DNA of 46,809 bases. Source: Azolla caroliniana (taxonomy: Eukaryota; Plantae; Polypodiophyta). The DNA lies in the NCBI GenBank assembly GCA_043228905.1, contig JBHGNT010000236.1, positions 1-46,809 on the forward strand. Direction: 5' to 3'. Position numbers and translations under genes: made by a program. Each line of letters starts with the position of its first letter. Within the stretch, counting starts at the first letter, position 1. The notes under the pieces were generated by a model, which saw nothing but the letters and a program-made list of their open reading frames with translations, had not been told where the DNA came from and made no database searches. Positions 25,043 through 38,110 of the stretch are shown here, piece by piece.

Positions 25043-25079
25043 AAACCCTAGTGGCTCAATGAAGTGTGGACTAGGGTTT
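25043..25079. promoter_or_regulatory. Pair of telo-boxes in inverted orientation upstream of the AKR gene
   Basis: AAACCCTAGT at 25043-25052 and ACTAGGGTTT at 25070-25079, adjacent to the (TTC)n tract at ~25010-25038. Confidence 0.55.
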
Positions 25080-25599
25080 ATATGTATGTATACATATATT
25101 TGTCTGATTTTTCTTTAAAACTCAATAGTCTTCTTAACATCTTAACATTTGTAACTTGTTTGTTTGTTTGTTCCATCGAAAGATGACTCTCTATGTATGT
25201 ATGTATATATATTGTCTCGATCCAAAGGCGCGTGCGTGCGTGCATGCATCATCTCGTGTATCGTATCCTATTTTTGTCCGCCCATTCCTTCCTCGTCCGC
25301 CTCCCCCGGACATCCCCGCTCCCCGTGTTTTGCCGGCCTTCCATTCTCGCGCTTTCTCCCTCCTCCTTCCGCCCCCATCGAAAATATTGTACTTCTCTGG
25401 TCGAATTCCGTCGTCCCCCTTCCCGGCCGTCCGTGGCTTCGTAATGCTCCCTTTGATGTTGTTGACCCAACTGCATTCTCAATTTATTCATTTGAATGTA
25501 CGTGAAGATTCGCGCTTTGTCCTTTGATGCTTGCTCAACTGCATTCTTGATTTTTTCGTTAGAATGTACGTGAAGCTTTGTGCTTGTGTTGGGCCTATA

Positions 25600-28500
25600 G
25601 GCTAAAAGTCACTTTCTAGTTCGCTAAATAACCACCTTTGGGTACCCTTACATTCTTCTCCAACTTTCGCACTTTTAATAAACCCTTGAAGTTGTCCGGT
25701 CGAAGGCTTGATACAAACTACGCTGTCAAGCATTGGCTTTAGCATATATACGGCTCCAAAATGTTTGGGCAATCTTATTTTCGTCCAAGGTCATCAAGTT
25801 GGACAAAACATGGAACATCACGTGGGTTTTGAGCTCAAGCACAATACCATATTTATTCAAATTTCAAGTGATCTAGATAGTGCAACCAAATGTTTCCACA
25901 AAGAAATAGGTAGACGCGAACCATGCAATAGAAATGTTGGTCTTATCTCTTGATAAATTTTTTAAATGAGCATTGACCTAATCTTGTGACACTGAGATTT
26001 ATGTTGTCTAATATTTCAAGTCCAAATCAATGGGTTCAACCTTGTGTGATAGAAATGCGATAGCAAATAAACGAACACCAACATTTCTATCACCACACAT
26101 TTATAAACTCGAGCTCCAAAATCTCCAATAGCAAGGAGATGGGGATGAATATTGCGTTATCCCTCCATCTCACTTTGTGGTGTTAATAACTTCCTCGAGA
26201 TGCTTGATCATGAAAAGCTTTCAAATAACAACGTTCAAAACCTATGAAGCTATTGCGTGACTTTAAAGATATTTCTTTTCGGAAACTCATGTTAGTGATT
26301 GATGCCCTCAAATTGGGGACACTAAAAAATGTAGTTCTATCATTGGGTTCAATGGAGTCGAGTTCGTTTGCACAATCGTATCTAACATGGGTCTCACAAT
26401 GTCAAAATGTGTTGTGGAAATGAAGTATAATAAAACATTTCATGTGTATTTATGAGCATTTGTGAATTCTAAAACATTGAATTGATGCAAGCAACATAGA
26501 TACCTCACAAGAAGTTATGGTTGATCTTTAAGATATTTTTGTTTTAGTATTGCCCAATGAGCAATGTAATGAACATCTTGCTCAACATTGATTTATTTTG
26601 TAGGAGTTGTCCCGTTGCCTCATGTTTGTTATTATTGCTTCAAGATTTCACATATAAGCTTGTTTATATGAAATTATTTAGAAAAATTCTTGGTCTTGCA
26701 TTTTTCAGACACTCAAATATGCTCTCACAATTTTAATCACCTCGTTTTGCTCCACATTGAGTATATGTTTTGCACAATTCTCATATTCATGTTCTATTTC
26801 ATAGAGATCATATGTTATGATTTTTTGCACATTTTAACCAACAAAATGATCATGAATTATGCTTGCCCATATCCTTGTTGTCTAATGAATTGTAGGAACA
26901 CTAATGGGCTTTCAACATTCTGCTTTTTATGAACCATGTGAATTCATGCATATTCTATAACATTAACTTCTAAAGGACAATGCTATCATTTTCAACTAAA
27001 CCCTAAAAGAAACGACAATGTCATTTTTACATAACCATTCTTTCAATGCATAGTTGTCAATGTTCATGCGCTCGAACTAAACATGTGAAGATTTCTATGA
27101 TAAAAACCCATTGCTTTGGACTTGAATGTAGGTGTGTTCAATGTTGTTACTATAACACCTCATGTTTATATATTTAGATTTATAATGTCTCATGTAAGTT
27201 TATGAATGCGTATAGCCAATAACATTTAGGTTATCTAAAGTCTCTCGCATCATGCATACTTTCACATTTGTGTTTGAACGACTATGTATTGTTTATTTCC
27301 AATTAAGGTATTCTTCATGCACAATCTTTTGACCTAAGACCATTATAGAATATATTTTTCTAAACTTTTAATGGTGCCTTTTAGTGTAGAAGTAATGAAG
27401 GATCTCATAACAAAGATAATTGTGTACTCGGTAGGGAAGGGTCATTGGATAGGATGGAATCAAAAGCAAAGTACATTTTATTGGCTTTGGATGGTGGTTG
27501 GATGATCATTTAAAGCATAGGAAGCTTACATCTATTGAATAAAATGTAAGATGATCTTATTGATGATCGTGAAAGTGCAAGGATTATCTTATTTCTATAT
27601 TTTCTCCCTTTGCCCTTATGTCATCCATGTTTGTAACCTGTGCTCTACTCTAACATATTCCCATACATTGTGCTTTGAGACAACCATACATTTCAATCCT
27701 AGGTTAGGTTAATTGACACTTAATCTCCTAGCCTTGGCATATATGTCTAGTACAAATGGTAACTAGGACCATCGGTCTTATGGTGTTCTCTCTATCTTTA
27801 TATATTTGAGAGCAAATTGTCTACAACACGAATGTTTCAGACATCTAATCAAAATGAGAGATTGAAGGAGATGTTGCACACTCTTGATGTCTTACCCACT
27901 CACAAGTATGTTCTAATTTGTTCTACTTAGATTCTCCACAACTCTCCAAACAATCGCAACAACTCTTACTAAGATATTGGATGGGCAATCAAGGACCTCC
28001 CTTGAAAGGGACGATGCCTTTGTTGGTGCATTTTCTTGACGTTGTGGTAATACCAATGAGTATTCTATCGATGATTGGCAGAGTTTCGGTGCATAACATT
28101 GGTCACAAATACAATGAGGAGATTTCATCTCTTTTGAGTAATTTAGGAGTCTTTAATTAACCTATGAGGTAATCAACAAAAATTCCATTGGGAAAATTTT
28201 TGTTTACCCCATTTTTGTTGAGCCCATTGATTAAGTGTCATCCCTTTGTGGGTTTTTATTGGGGAACTCAATCAAAATATAGCCTAAATTACCTAGGTAA
28301 TAATAATTGTAAAAAGGCAAGCAAGTATGTGTATGAACTTTTTATTTACCAAAGTTTTTGCACCTAGTATTTACAATAATATGATGAAGTCAATGTAGTG
28401 CAATGCAACGGTTTATGGGGAGAATATGTTTGTCTTCAATTTGATCATGATCTAGATATGTTGAATTGTTCTTATATTGTTGCACAACTTTGTGTGTTTT

Positions 28501-29300
28501 AACATGATTTAGAACTGAAAATTTAATGACCTTTTAAAGAGACCCACATCACAATACTACTTTTGTTCTTTGCATAGCACATTGTGCACATAGTATATGA
28601 GGTTATTCCTTTAAGAGGTAAGCATTTTGACACTTTGGATTAATGACATGCTTTTAAAGTAGACCCTTTTCTCTCAATGACAAATGCATGACCCATACAT
28701 GAAATATTCCACAACATGTCCGTGAAATTGATGACACATCCATGGCCCATCTAAGACCATCCATAGCAACCATCTATACAACAACCATGAATTACCTTGA
28801 TCATGTTATTTCCCGAGAGATAATTTACACATCCATGACATACCCATGAACATCTATAAGGCTTATGATCCATGTTCACAGATAAAGAGTTGTTTGCAAA
28901 ATGATTCTCGTTAATCTAACCAATGTCATGGGATTAATAAAAACAAATCATTGGTGTATAGTTAACATAAACCCATCTTGTTGCTACATATATATTTATA
29001 TACCCATCAATAGAATCATTAACATAAACAAAAGTCCCCCCATGAGTATATGTTTGATTACACCACATTCCTTTAAAATATTGTGATAACAGTGATGCTT
29101 CTGAGTGACATGGCGATTCACTAGATTTGTGTCCAATATGAAGTGAGATACTTGTCCACATCGACACTCAAACCTGGACGAACACATTCTTCTTGGAGGA
29201 GGATGAAGTGTTTGTGGTAGAAGCGAACACAATCCCATTGAAGGAAATAAGGAAACAAATTTGGCAAATGAATTCAAGAGAACCCATGATCCTTAAAGGA
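25600..29300. mobile_element. Degenerate TE-derived intergenic sequence, family unresolved
   Basis: CpG-poor, stop-riddled sequence. A weak LINE-RT-like stretch lies near 27890-28100 (MPLLVHFLDVVV, cf. LLLFADDVV). Confidence 0.3.
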
Positions 29301-30147
29301 AGAAAAACTACCACGCAAAAGTTTTTCAAAGTTTTTTTTTGCTTCTAAATGTAGGCTAATCTCTATTAATACATACATGATTTATTTCAATGTTGTTAGT
29401 ATGCTAAGTTTTTTTATTACATTTGATTCATTTTTTTAAACAAATATAGGCAACTCATATCTCATGGATGAGTCATCCACACATCATGTATGGAACATGC
29501 GTGGGTGTTATGGATTGTCATTTATTGGGCCATGATCCATGTTTTTTGAATGGTCATACAAAGAACGAAAAGGGGACCTTTAAAAGAAGCTCCCTTTCAT
29601 ACACAAAAGAGCGATGGAATTAAGAAGCTCATTTGTCACGTGCTCGTGAAAACAGATTCCATGCTTATAGCCACTTCACATTTCGATAGATAAATAGCTA
29701 ATGTGCACACATATCTCCAAGCCTTCCTATATAACTCTTTACTTCTTCTTTTTTACTGGGGCAACTTACCTAGGGCATCGTCTAATCGCGCAACACTTTC
29801 ATAATATTTCCTCCTCTATCTTTATAGGAAAAAAGCAAACGAATGAAGAAGATCAGGGCAGAGCTCTTCCAGTTGTGTGTAGACTAGAGATTTTACTGTG
29901 TGTGTGTGTGTGTGTGGAAAAGCGAAAGTCTTCTGGGGTTAAGAAAGGGGTCTGAAAGGTAGGCAGAGGAGCCTTCTCTGCTCACATAGGAGATGTATGT
30001 ATGTATGTGTTAAGAAGAAGAAGAAGAAAGAGGGGTGTGTGTGTGTGTCTGTCTTCTCATGAAGGTGAAGGGGCATCCGCTTTGAAATTTATTGAAAAGT
30101 GAGGAAAAAGGGTATTTTGGGAATTTCCTATTTCTCCTCCAAAACAC

Positions 30148-30151
<4 letters not shown>

Positions 30152-30191
<40 letters not shown>

Positions 30192-30281
30192 CTGATACAA
30201 TCATAGATCACACAGAACAGAACAGTACAGTGAGCAGCAGGAGCAGGGCAGGGGGGTTCCTACAGAAAGCCTCCTCTTCTA

Positions 30282-30323
<42 letters not shown>

Positions 30324-30374
30324 AGAAGCAAGCAAGGAAGGCTAGGGTTTAGCAGAGAAGCAAGGCTAGGGTTT
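30152..30374 (+). promoter_or_regulatory. (CT)n tracts and two reverse telo-boxes (TAGGGTTT) in the promoter/leader of PDH E1-alpha
   Basis: (CT)n at ~30152-30186 and ~30286-30318. TAGGGTTT at 30343-30350 and 30367-30374 lies within a 24-bp local duplication. Confidence 0.55.
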
Positions 30375-30453
30375 TGCAGAGAAGAAAGGAAGGGAAGAAC
30401 AAGGAAGTTGCCTCTCCCCGTGTGCGCAGAGGTACTGAAAGGGAGCCTTCTCC

Positions 30454-33122
30454 ATGGCGCCTCAGATGAGTAACCTTCGTCATCTCCTCCGGTCCACGTA
30501 CCCTTGTCTCGCATCTTCGTCGACTTCTTTCTCTTCCTATCAAGCTTTGTCTTCCATATCTGCCAGATCCTTTTCGTCTTCTTCCTCGTCTGAGGAGGAT
30601 ACCACTCCTTTCACTGTGGAAATTGCAGTGCCATTCAAAGGCCACAACATCGAACCACCATCTCAGACCTCTGAGACTTCACCCAAGGAGGTTCTCGGAT
30701 TCTTCAGAGACATGTCTCGGATGCGAAGGATGGAGATCGCAGCAGATCAGCTATACAAATCGAAGCTCATCAGAGGTTTCTGCCATCTCTACGATGGCCA
30801 AGAAGCCATCTGCATAGGTATGGAGGCTGCCCTAACTCGCCAGGACAACATCATCACCGCTTACAGAGACCATTGCACGTACCTTGGGCGTGGAGGAACA
30901 CTGAAGGAAGTGTTTGCAGAGCTGATGGGTAGAAAAGATGGGTGTACACTAGGGAAGGGAGGATCTATGCATTTTTATAAGAAAGAGAACGGTTTCTATG
31001 GTGGACATGGAATTGTTGGAGCTCAGATACCCCTTGGTGTCGGTTTGTCATTCGCACAGAAGTATGACAAGGTAAGAGCAGCCACGTTTGCGCTCTACGG
31101 TGATGGTGCAGCCAACCAAGGACAACTGTTTGAATCCCTCAACATTGCAGCCCTCTGGGATCTCCCTGCGGTCTACATTTGCGAGAATAACCATTGTGAG
31201 GGATTCTTTTTCTTCTGCTTTGCTTTGATTTACTTAAATTTTTTTTTGATGAAGAGGGATAGATAGATAGCATGGGTATATTTATGACTTTGGTGTCTGG
31301 TGCAAACTGCCTTTCTGCTTGCTGAGAGAGAGAGATGTATAGGATGGAACTCAAACATGGTTTTTCTCTCGAGTTATGAATTTGACGCGACAATGTAAAC
31401 TGCCAATGTGAGATAGAGATTAACGTCCATGGGATTGGACTTGGGTTCCCTCAATTTTATGAATTGAATGGTACAGTGTAAGCCACAAAGATAACAGCCA
31501 GAGAGAGAAAGAGAGACTACTAATGTCCATGAGAAACTGAATACAATGTATGGGATGGGGCTAGGCCCATGGCGAGGAGCAAACTTGAGTTTCCTGGATC
31601 GGATGACTGAATTTGATGCTTGGCATGGGGCCAAACCTGTTGTGAGGATCAAACTTGGGTTTCCATGGTAAAATATAAAGCACAAAGACAACAGAGGGAT
31701 TATTAATGTGTGTGTGTACTTGGGTAAGAGACTCTCGTTGTAACAGAGCGTAACAGAGCGTAAATGTTTGTGGGCCTTATCTTTATTGAACCATGATTTA
31801 GGTTAATTCACATTTTATTTTGCCTATATATTTATTCTGGAATTTAATTGAACCATGGTGTGGTTTGGATACCATTAGATGGTATGGGAACTGCAGAATG
31901 GAGAGCAGCCAAAAGTCCAGAATATTACAAGCGTGGTGACTACGTCCCTGGTTTGAAGGTATATAATAATGGGAGTGGTCTGTTAGCATTTGGAATAGAG
32001 CATAAAGTAGCTTTACATCATGTGGTCTCAGGTTGATGGCATGGATGCATTTGCTGTGAAAGAAGCTATAAAGTTTGCCAAGGAATATGCTCTTTCGAAA
32101 GGGCCGATCGTAAGTTAAAATTCCCAATTTCAATATTCGCAAGACAGTTTATGAACAAAATGATGGATAATTATATATTATTGGAAGTAGAAGATTCTTT
32201 GGTAACTAGTGGGCAATCTTATGTTCAAGTTCCATCACTTTTCTTAAGCTACATGATCATCTAGGCGTAAAGGGAAGGAGAATCTTATACACATTGTGGC
32301 ATGCATATAAGGTGAAATCACATATTTATCCTAGGAATTTGATATATGAAGTGTTTTTTGTATGAAATTGACAGATGCTCGAGATGGATACATATAGGTA
32401 CCATGGTCACTCTATGTCAGACCCTGGAAGTACTTACCGAACCAGGGATGAGATTTCGGGTGTCCGACAGGTTAGCTTGTGGTTATAATAAACAATGTTT
32501 TATTGTTCATTTCAGAATGAAAGCAAATTTTTGCCATGTTTGAACTACAGGAGCGTGATCCTATTGAGAGGATTAGGAAACTTATCCTTGGAAAAGAGAT
32601 TGCCACGGTCGCTGAGTTGAAGGTACAGTGTTTATTATTGGTATTAATTATTAAATTATATTTGCCAAGATGCTGATTTCCATTAAGATTGCTTTTACTA
32701 TTCTAAGTAATTTGTTACCTTCCACTGCAGAACATCGAAAAGGAGGTGAAAAAAGAGGTCGAGGATGCAGTGGCTGAAGCAAAGGTAATTTAAAGAATTC
32801 AAAATTTTACATATTTGAGAGGACAACTTATCATTTATTACTTACGCCCAATATGGATTTGATCGGATGATGTTGATCTCTCGCCAAATGAAATGTTGTT
32901 GTAGGAGAGTCCTCAACCTGATCCTTCGGAGCTCTTTGCAAATGTGTATGGGAAAGGTTATGGCACTGAGGTAAGAGTATTGCCGTATCACTAAGTCCCA
33001 TGATATCGATGATTTTTTAATTTTTTTCTAATTATGATAGAAGAAATTCCTAACTATTCATGTATCCTTGGGTGCAGGTTTTTGGTTGTGATAGCAAGAC
33101 TTCCTATGCTGTTATACAATAA
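30454..33122 (+). CDS. PDH-E1 alpha: Pyruvate dehydrogenase E1 component subunit alpha, mitochondrial, 410 aa
   Basis: Exons 30454-31195, 31879-31958, 32032-32109, 32375-32470, 32551-32622, 32731-32784, 32905-32970 and 33078-33122 total 1233 nt, all GT-AG. Motifs: [23 protein letters not shown]-binding [10 protein letters not shown]...CENNHYGMGT, kinase site [15 protein letters not shown]. Ser/Arg-rich presequence. Confidence 0.97.
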
Positions 33123-33721
33123 AAACAACAGTTGATAAAGATGGTTGTTTTTATGTGATGTCAATTGAACTTACATGAATGATGTGCAGGATTGCACACG
33201 CGAATTAGATGGTGAATAACATGATAAAGATTTTGCACACACTCTTGGTGTATAGTAAATTTTCATCCTTTTGTCTCTTAATACAGGCTAATAAGTGTGA
33301 GGATGCTCACTGTCATTTTTCAAGAATGAAATAAAATCTTCCCAAGTATTATATGTTGATGTATGATTATGATTTGTGGGTTATCCCATCTTCGTCAGAA
33401 TTGATAATAAAAATGATCTCCTTGACTTCATAGTCATGATAGGTGTTCATCTTGCGCTTCTTTGAAAATAGAAATTTTCTAGAAACAAAGACCTGCTAAA
33501 TATGAACGAACATTTATTTGATGTTACCATTGCTTTCCATATATTACTTTATAGTTTTATATGGTAAAACATAATATCTACTGATCCATATTATAATCAC
33601 CTGATTCTATTTATTTTCTTCTTTAGAGAATGAAGCAACATCACTAAATGGTATGCATGTAGAATTCCATTGTTTTGTTGTCTTGGAGGTCAGGGGTAAA
33701 CCATTGTTTGTGTGGAAGGAA

Positions 33722-33920
33722 CTTTGAAACATATTAGATGAAGATTCTCGTGCCTTGTAGTAGTTATGTCTAGAAGTTCGCATTCTAGTTTCAATCGCAA
33801 TGAAATCAATTTAAATCTACTCTTAGTCTAGATCTCAAATCCTATTTCGAATGCGAACTTCTCTTTTTATATCTTTGAAACATATTAGATGAAGATTCTC
33901 GTGCCTTGTAGTAGTTATGT
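33722..33920. repeat. 48-bp perfect direct repeat enclosing a 91-bp segment with 14-bp perfect inverted ends
   Basis: Direct repeats at 33722-33769 and 33873-33920. Inverted repeats AGAAGTTCGCATTC (33772-33785) and GAATGCGAACTTCT (33849-33862). Confidence 0.85.
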
Positions 33921-35618
33921 TATCCATCATTCTATGCTAAAACGACCCATGTATATGAAACTAACACAACATGTTAGAACTATATTGTTGGGGTAACTCG
34001 TGTCTTTACAAATTTTGATTTAAATTCAAATACTTCTTAATGTGGAATACGGAATACTATCTTAGATCTTCTTGGTGTTTTCCTTCTAGAAATTGCCCCA
34101 GTAAGTTTTTTTTTTCTTGCCAACATATCTTAATATTAATATTGGTCTAGGTTCCTTGATTGGTAATGGAATCTAATGAGCAATGAATACTTTTTTAACT
34201 TGCCCAAAAGGGGAGTGTTCATAACATCGAGAGATTAGAATCATTGATCTAGCATCACATATATTATGGGCTCGTGAACAATCTCCTTTTAAATCACAAT
34301 TTGTAAGAATTATATGTGTGCACATGCATATATTCCATTATCGAATTTATGGACATTGGGTTGTGAATTTGCTACTTGTAGTTCATAGAGTTTGAGGTAG
34401 GATTTTCTTTGAGATGCATGTTGAAAATTTTCATATAAACTAATTAATATATTGTCATGTTTTTAGTGTTCTGATGAGCGAAAGTGCCAAAATACAACTA
34501 ACTCATGTTATGTTGTTGTGCATCCAACAAAACACGAATATGTTGCCATATGTTTTAGTGTTTTTTGGGCATTTACTTCTAGAGACAAGTATTCTAATTG
34601 GTTTTGGACAGGGGATTATTCTTGATAAGTATCCAAAAATATAGAAATTCTACTTCAACAAATATGTTTTCTAATTTTTGTGTGGAACTCCTACTACTAA
34701 CTCAATGATTTAATTCAACTCAAAACTTGCAAAATGAATAACTAGGGAAAAAAGCAATGTAAGGAGGGATAAAAATGCAAGTGGTTTTTGGTAAGGCAAA
34801 ATGCAAGAGACATTTACTGTTTAATAGCGATCCTTTTCTTTATGGTATAACATGACCAATTGTAGTTTCACATATTCTAAGAGTATATACATATTCACAC
34901 TTGGATAAAGAAAGATGATACAGTAATCTCTTGCGCATTTCCTAAATATAGGATGAGACGCATGTAATCATTCTCGGGAGGTCAATTTCATACTTCATGA
35001 ATTACTTACTAAGAGGAAAATACATGTTATCTATGAAAGCTCTTTTCTATTATTATGATGTACCATCATTGGTCTCTCTTGAATTGATATAAGATGATAT
35101 TGTTTGTCCATATTAATGTAAGGTAAGATTGTATCCATGATGAGGTGACTAATTTTGGGTCTATGGAAAAATTTCCATACCTTATTCATAATTTCTAAAT
35201 TATACCTCCAAAAACACGAGCTTATTCTGAAAAATGTATAAGCATTTAATTATTCTAATATGCCCTTGTTTGTCCCTTTCACGTTAATGCATGTACTCGT
35301 ATTTGTGTGAGGTTAGACCATAAGACTACATATATGGTTCTTTCCTTCCGTACTATAATAATTCACTTGAACTCGCTTCATTACAAAAATGCAATACTAT
35401 CATACAAACAAATCAATACTCTCTAAGCTCTTTATTATTTTATTCAACATAGTTAACACTTGCATAACTTAATTAAATTGTTCAACATAGTTAATGAATT
35501 CCATTGAGGATATTGTTTTTTGTTTTTTCTATGAGTTCAAAAGTTAGTTATATAGAAAATAAAGTATCACATTGCATTTTTTATGTGAATGGAGACAAAA
35601 CTAGTTCAAACATAAAAG

Positions 35619-35692
35619 CTCTAGATGGCGTAGTTGGTTATCATGCTAGTCTTACACAATTGAGGTCTTCAGTTTGCGTCTAGGTTTGGACA
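35619..35692 (+). pseudogene. tRNA-Val pseudogene (TAC, probably mutated CAC), first array copy
   Basis: 74 nt with a recognisable D-arm. The anticodon and T stems are disrupted. Confidence 0.75.
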
Positions 35693-35785
35693 AGTAAAGA
35701 TGCTACTTACAACGATGAGAGTGTTTTGCTCTTTTCTGAAATGACAACTTGAATTTCAATGTAGTCTTTTATTGAATGTATTGTT

Positions 35786-35859
35786 GACCGAACGGTGTAG
35801 TTGGTTATCACACTAGTCTAACACACTAGAGGTCTCCGGTGCAAGTCCAGGTTTGGACA
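35786..35859 (+). pseudogene. tRNA-Val(AAC) pseudogene
   Basis: Perfect anticodon arm CTAGT-CTAACAC-ACTAG. The T-loop (TGCAAGT) and acceptor stem are mutated. Confidence 0.8.
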
Positions 35860-36424
35860 AGCAAAGATGCTACTTACAACAAGGAGAGTGTTTTGAACTA
35901 TTGTTTTCCGAATTGACATCTTGAGTAGACCCAAGTGTAATCACTTTAATTAAAATTCATCTCAGCAAATATTCAAATTGTGTCCAGATGCTGTAGTTGG
36001 TTATCATGCTCGTGTCACAGGAGTCTCACACACTAAAGGTATCCAATTCGAATCCTAGGTTGGACAAGTAAAGATGTTATTCACACCAAGGAGAGTGTTT
36101 TGCTCTTTTCCGAAATGACATCTTGAATTTCTACTAAGAAAAGTATATTGTTGCATAGATCCAAGCTACTTACCAAATGCAATCACATTGCTGATCAGAT
36201 GTGTAGATGGTGTAGTTGGTTATCAGGCTAGTCTAACACACTAGAGGTATCCAATTCAAATTTGGGTTTGGACAAGTAAAGATGCTACTCAGAACAAGGA
36301 GAGTGTTTTGCTCTTTACCGAAATGACATCTTGAATTTCTACTAAGAAAAGTCTTTTATTGAATAGATCCAAGCTGCTTACTAAATGCAGTCACTTTGCT
36401 GATACAATAAAGCATTATTGAAAT

Positions 36425-36498
36425 GTCTAGATTGCGTAGTTGGTTATCACGCTAGTCTAACATGCTAGAGGTCTCCGGTTCATGTCCGGGTCTAGACA
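36425..36498 (+). pseudogene. tRNA-Val(AAC)-like copy with well-paired stems
   Basis: Acceptor GTCTAGA/TCTAGAC is perfect and T-stem TCCGG/CCGGG is intact, but the T-loop TTCATGT lacks A58 (B-box broken). Confidence 0.8.
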
Positions 36499-37256
36499 AG
36501 TCAAGATGCTACCTACAATGAGGAAAGTGTTTTGAACCATTTTTTTCCTAATTGACATCTTGAAAGAAGAAAAGTCTTTAATATTGAATAGATCCTAACT
36601 GCTTAGCAAATAATCATTTTAGCAATACAACAATGTATTACCGAAATCTCCAGATGGTGTAGTTAGTTGTCGCACTAGTCTAACACACTAGAGGTCTTTG
36701 GTTCAAGTTCGGGTTTCGACAAGAAAATATGTTAATTAGGATGAGCAAAATGATCGGTATCGTTCCTTGGTGCCCATGTTGTAGAAACATCCAAATCGCT
36801 TTGGTCTAATTAGCAAATTCATCATCGTAGATGTCCATGAAATTGATTTTCACAAAGGGTCCAGGTGGTGTTGTTGGTTATCCATTAGTGCTATCTTGTT
36901 CTTCTATCTAAAAAGAACATAGTCACAAAGACTTCATGAAGCCAAATGCCACTACCACTTGTCAAACTTACAAACACATGGTGCCCATGTAGTAGAAATT
37001 CCAAGTTCAGGTTTGGATAAGAAAATATGCTAATTAGAATGAGTAGGATGATTGGCACCGTTCATTTTTTTGTAAATAATAGTCATTTATTCAATCAAAC
37101 TATGCGCAACTCATGCATGTATCGTAAGTAAAGAAGAAAGAAGTCTTCATTTCTTGTGTCCATTAAAGCTATCTTTTTCTATTTAAAAAGAATGTAGTCA
37201 CAAAGATTACCAAATTCATGTCAGTAGATGTCCATGAAATTAAATTTCACAAATGG

Positions 37257-37330
37257 ATCCAGATGGTGTACTTGCTTATTATGCTAGTCTCACACACTGG
37301 AGGTCTCCGATTCGAGTCCGAGTTTGGAGA
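37257..37330 (+). pseudogene. tRNA-Val(CAC) pseudogene
   Basis: Anticodon arm CTAGTCTCACACACTGG and T-loop TTCGAGT. The D-loop and G53 are mutated. Confidence 0.78.
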
Positions 37331-38036
37331 AATAAATATGCTACACGCTAGTCTAACACACTAGAGGTCTCCGGTTTGAGTCCGGGTTTGGACAAGTAAA
37401 GATGTTACTTACAACGATGAGAGTGTTTTGAACTATTCTTTTTCAAATTGACATCTTCAATTTCTGCCAAAAATGTCTTTTATGTGATCCAAACTACTTA
37501 CCAAATGTAATCATTTAGTGAAAAAAGAAAATATATATTTGAAATGTCTAGATGGGGTAGTTGGTTATCATGTCTAACACACTAGAGGTCTCAAGTTCAA
37601 ATCTAGGTTTGGACAAGAAAAGATGCTAGGTTTGGACAAGAAAAGATGGTATTTACAATGAGCATTATATTAATTAAACAATAGTCATATATTCAATGAA
37701 ACTATGTGTAGCTCAATCATGCATGTATTCTAAGCAAAGAAGAAAGGTGTAGTTGGTTATCATGTCTAACACACTATAGGTCTCAGGTTCAAACTTGGGT
37801 TTGGACAAGAAAATATGCTAATTACAATGAGCAAAATTATATTAATTAAATAACAGTCATATATTCAATCAAACTATGTGTGACTCAACTCATGCATGTA
37901 TCTTAAGCAAAGAAGAAAGAAGTCTTCATTTCTTCCATCCATTAAAGCTGTTTTTTTTTTATATCTAAAATGACGTAGTCACAAAGAATAGCAAATTCGT
38001 CTTAGTAGAAGTTCATAAAATTGACCTAACAAATGG

Positions 38037-38110
38037 CTCCAGATGGAGTAGTTGGTTATCACACTAGTCTCACACACTAGAGGTTTCCAGTTGGAGTCTG
38101 GGTTTGGACA
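38037..38110 (+). pseudogene. tRNA-Val(CAC) pseudogene
   Basis: Perfect anticodon arm CTAGT-CTCACAC-ACTAG. The T-loop TTGGAGT is mutated. Confidence 0.8.

Noticed and set aside
24945-25043. 33-codon poly-Lys N-terminal extension of the AKR in the ORF track
   Set aside because: It has a non-ATG start through a GAA repeat in the leader. ATG 24944 has good context and begins the presequence.
18807-30050. Scattered short microsatellites (CA/ACTC ~18807, GATA ~20874, CT ~21115, CA ~22398, TG ~29897)
   Set aside because: They are ordinary for plant intergenic DNA.
35693-35785. Dicistronic tRNA-snoRNA (C/D-like CGATGA...CTGA in spacer A)
   Set aside because: The motifs are too close together and not conserved across copies (mostly AAGGAGA and CCGA). 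An Rfam scan would settle it.
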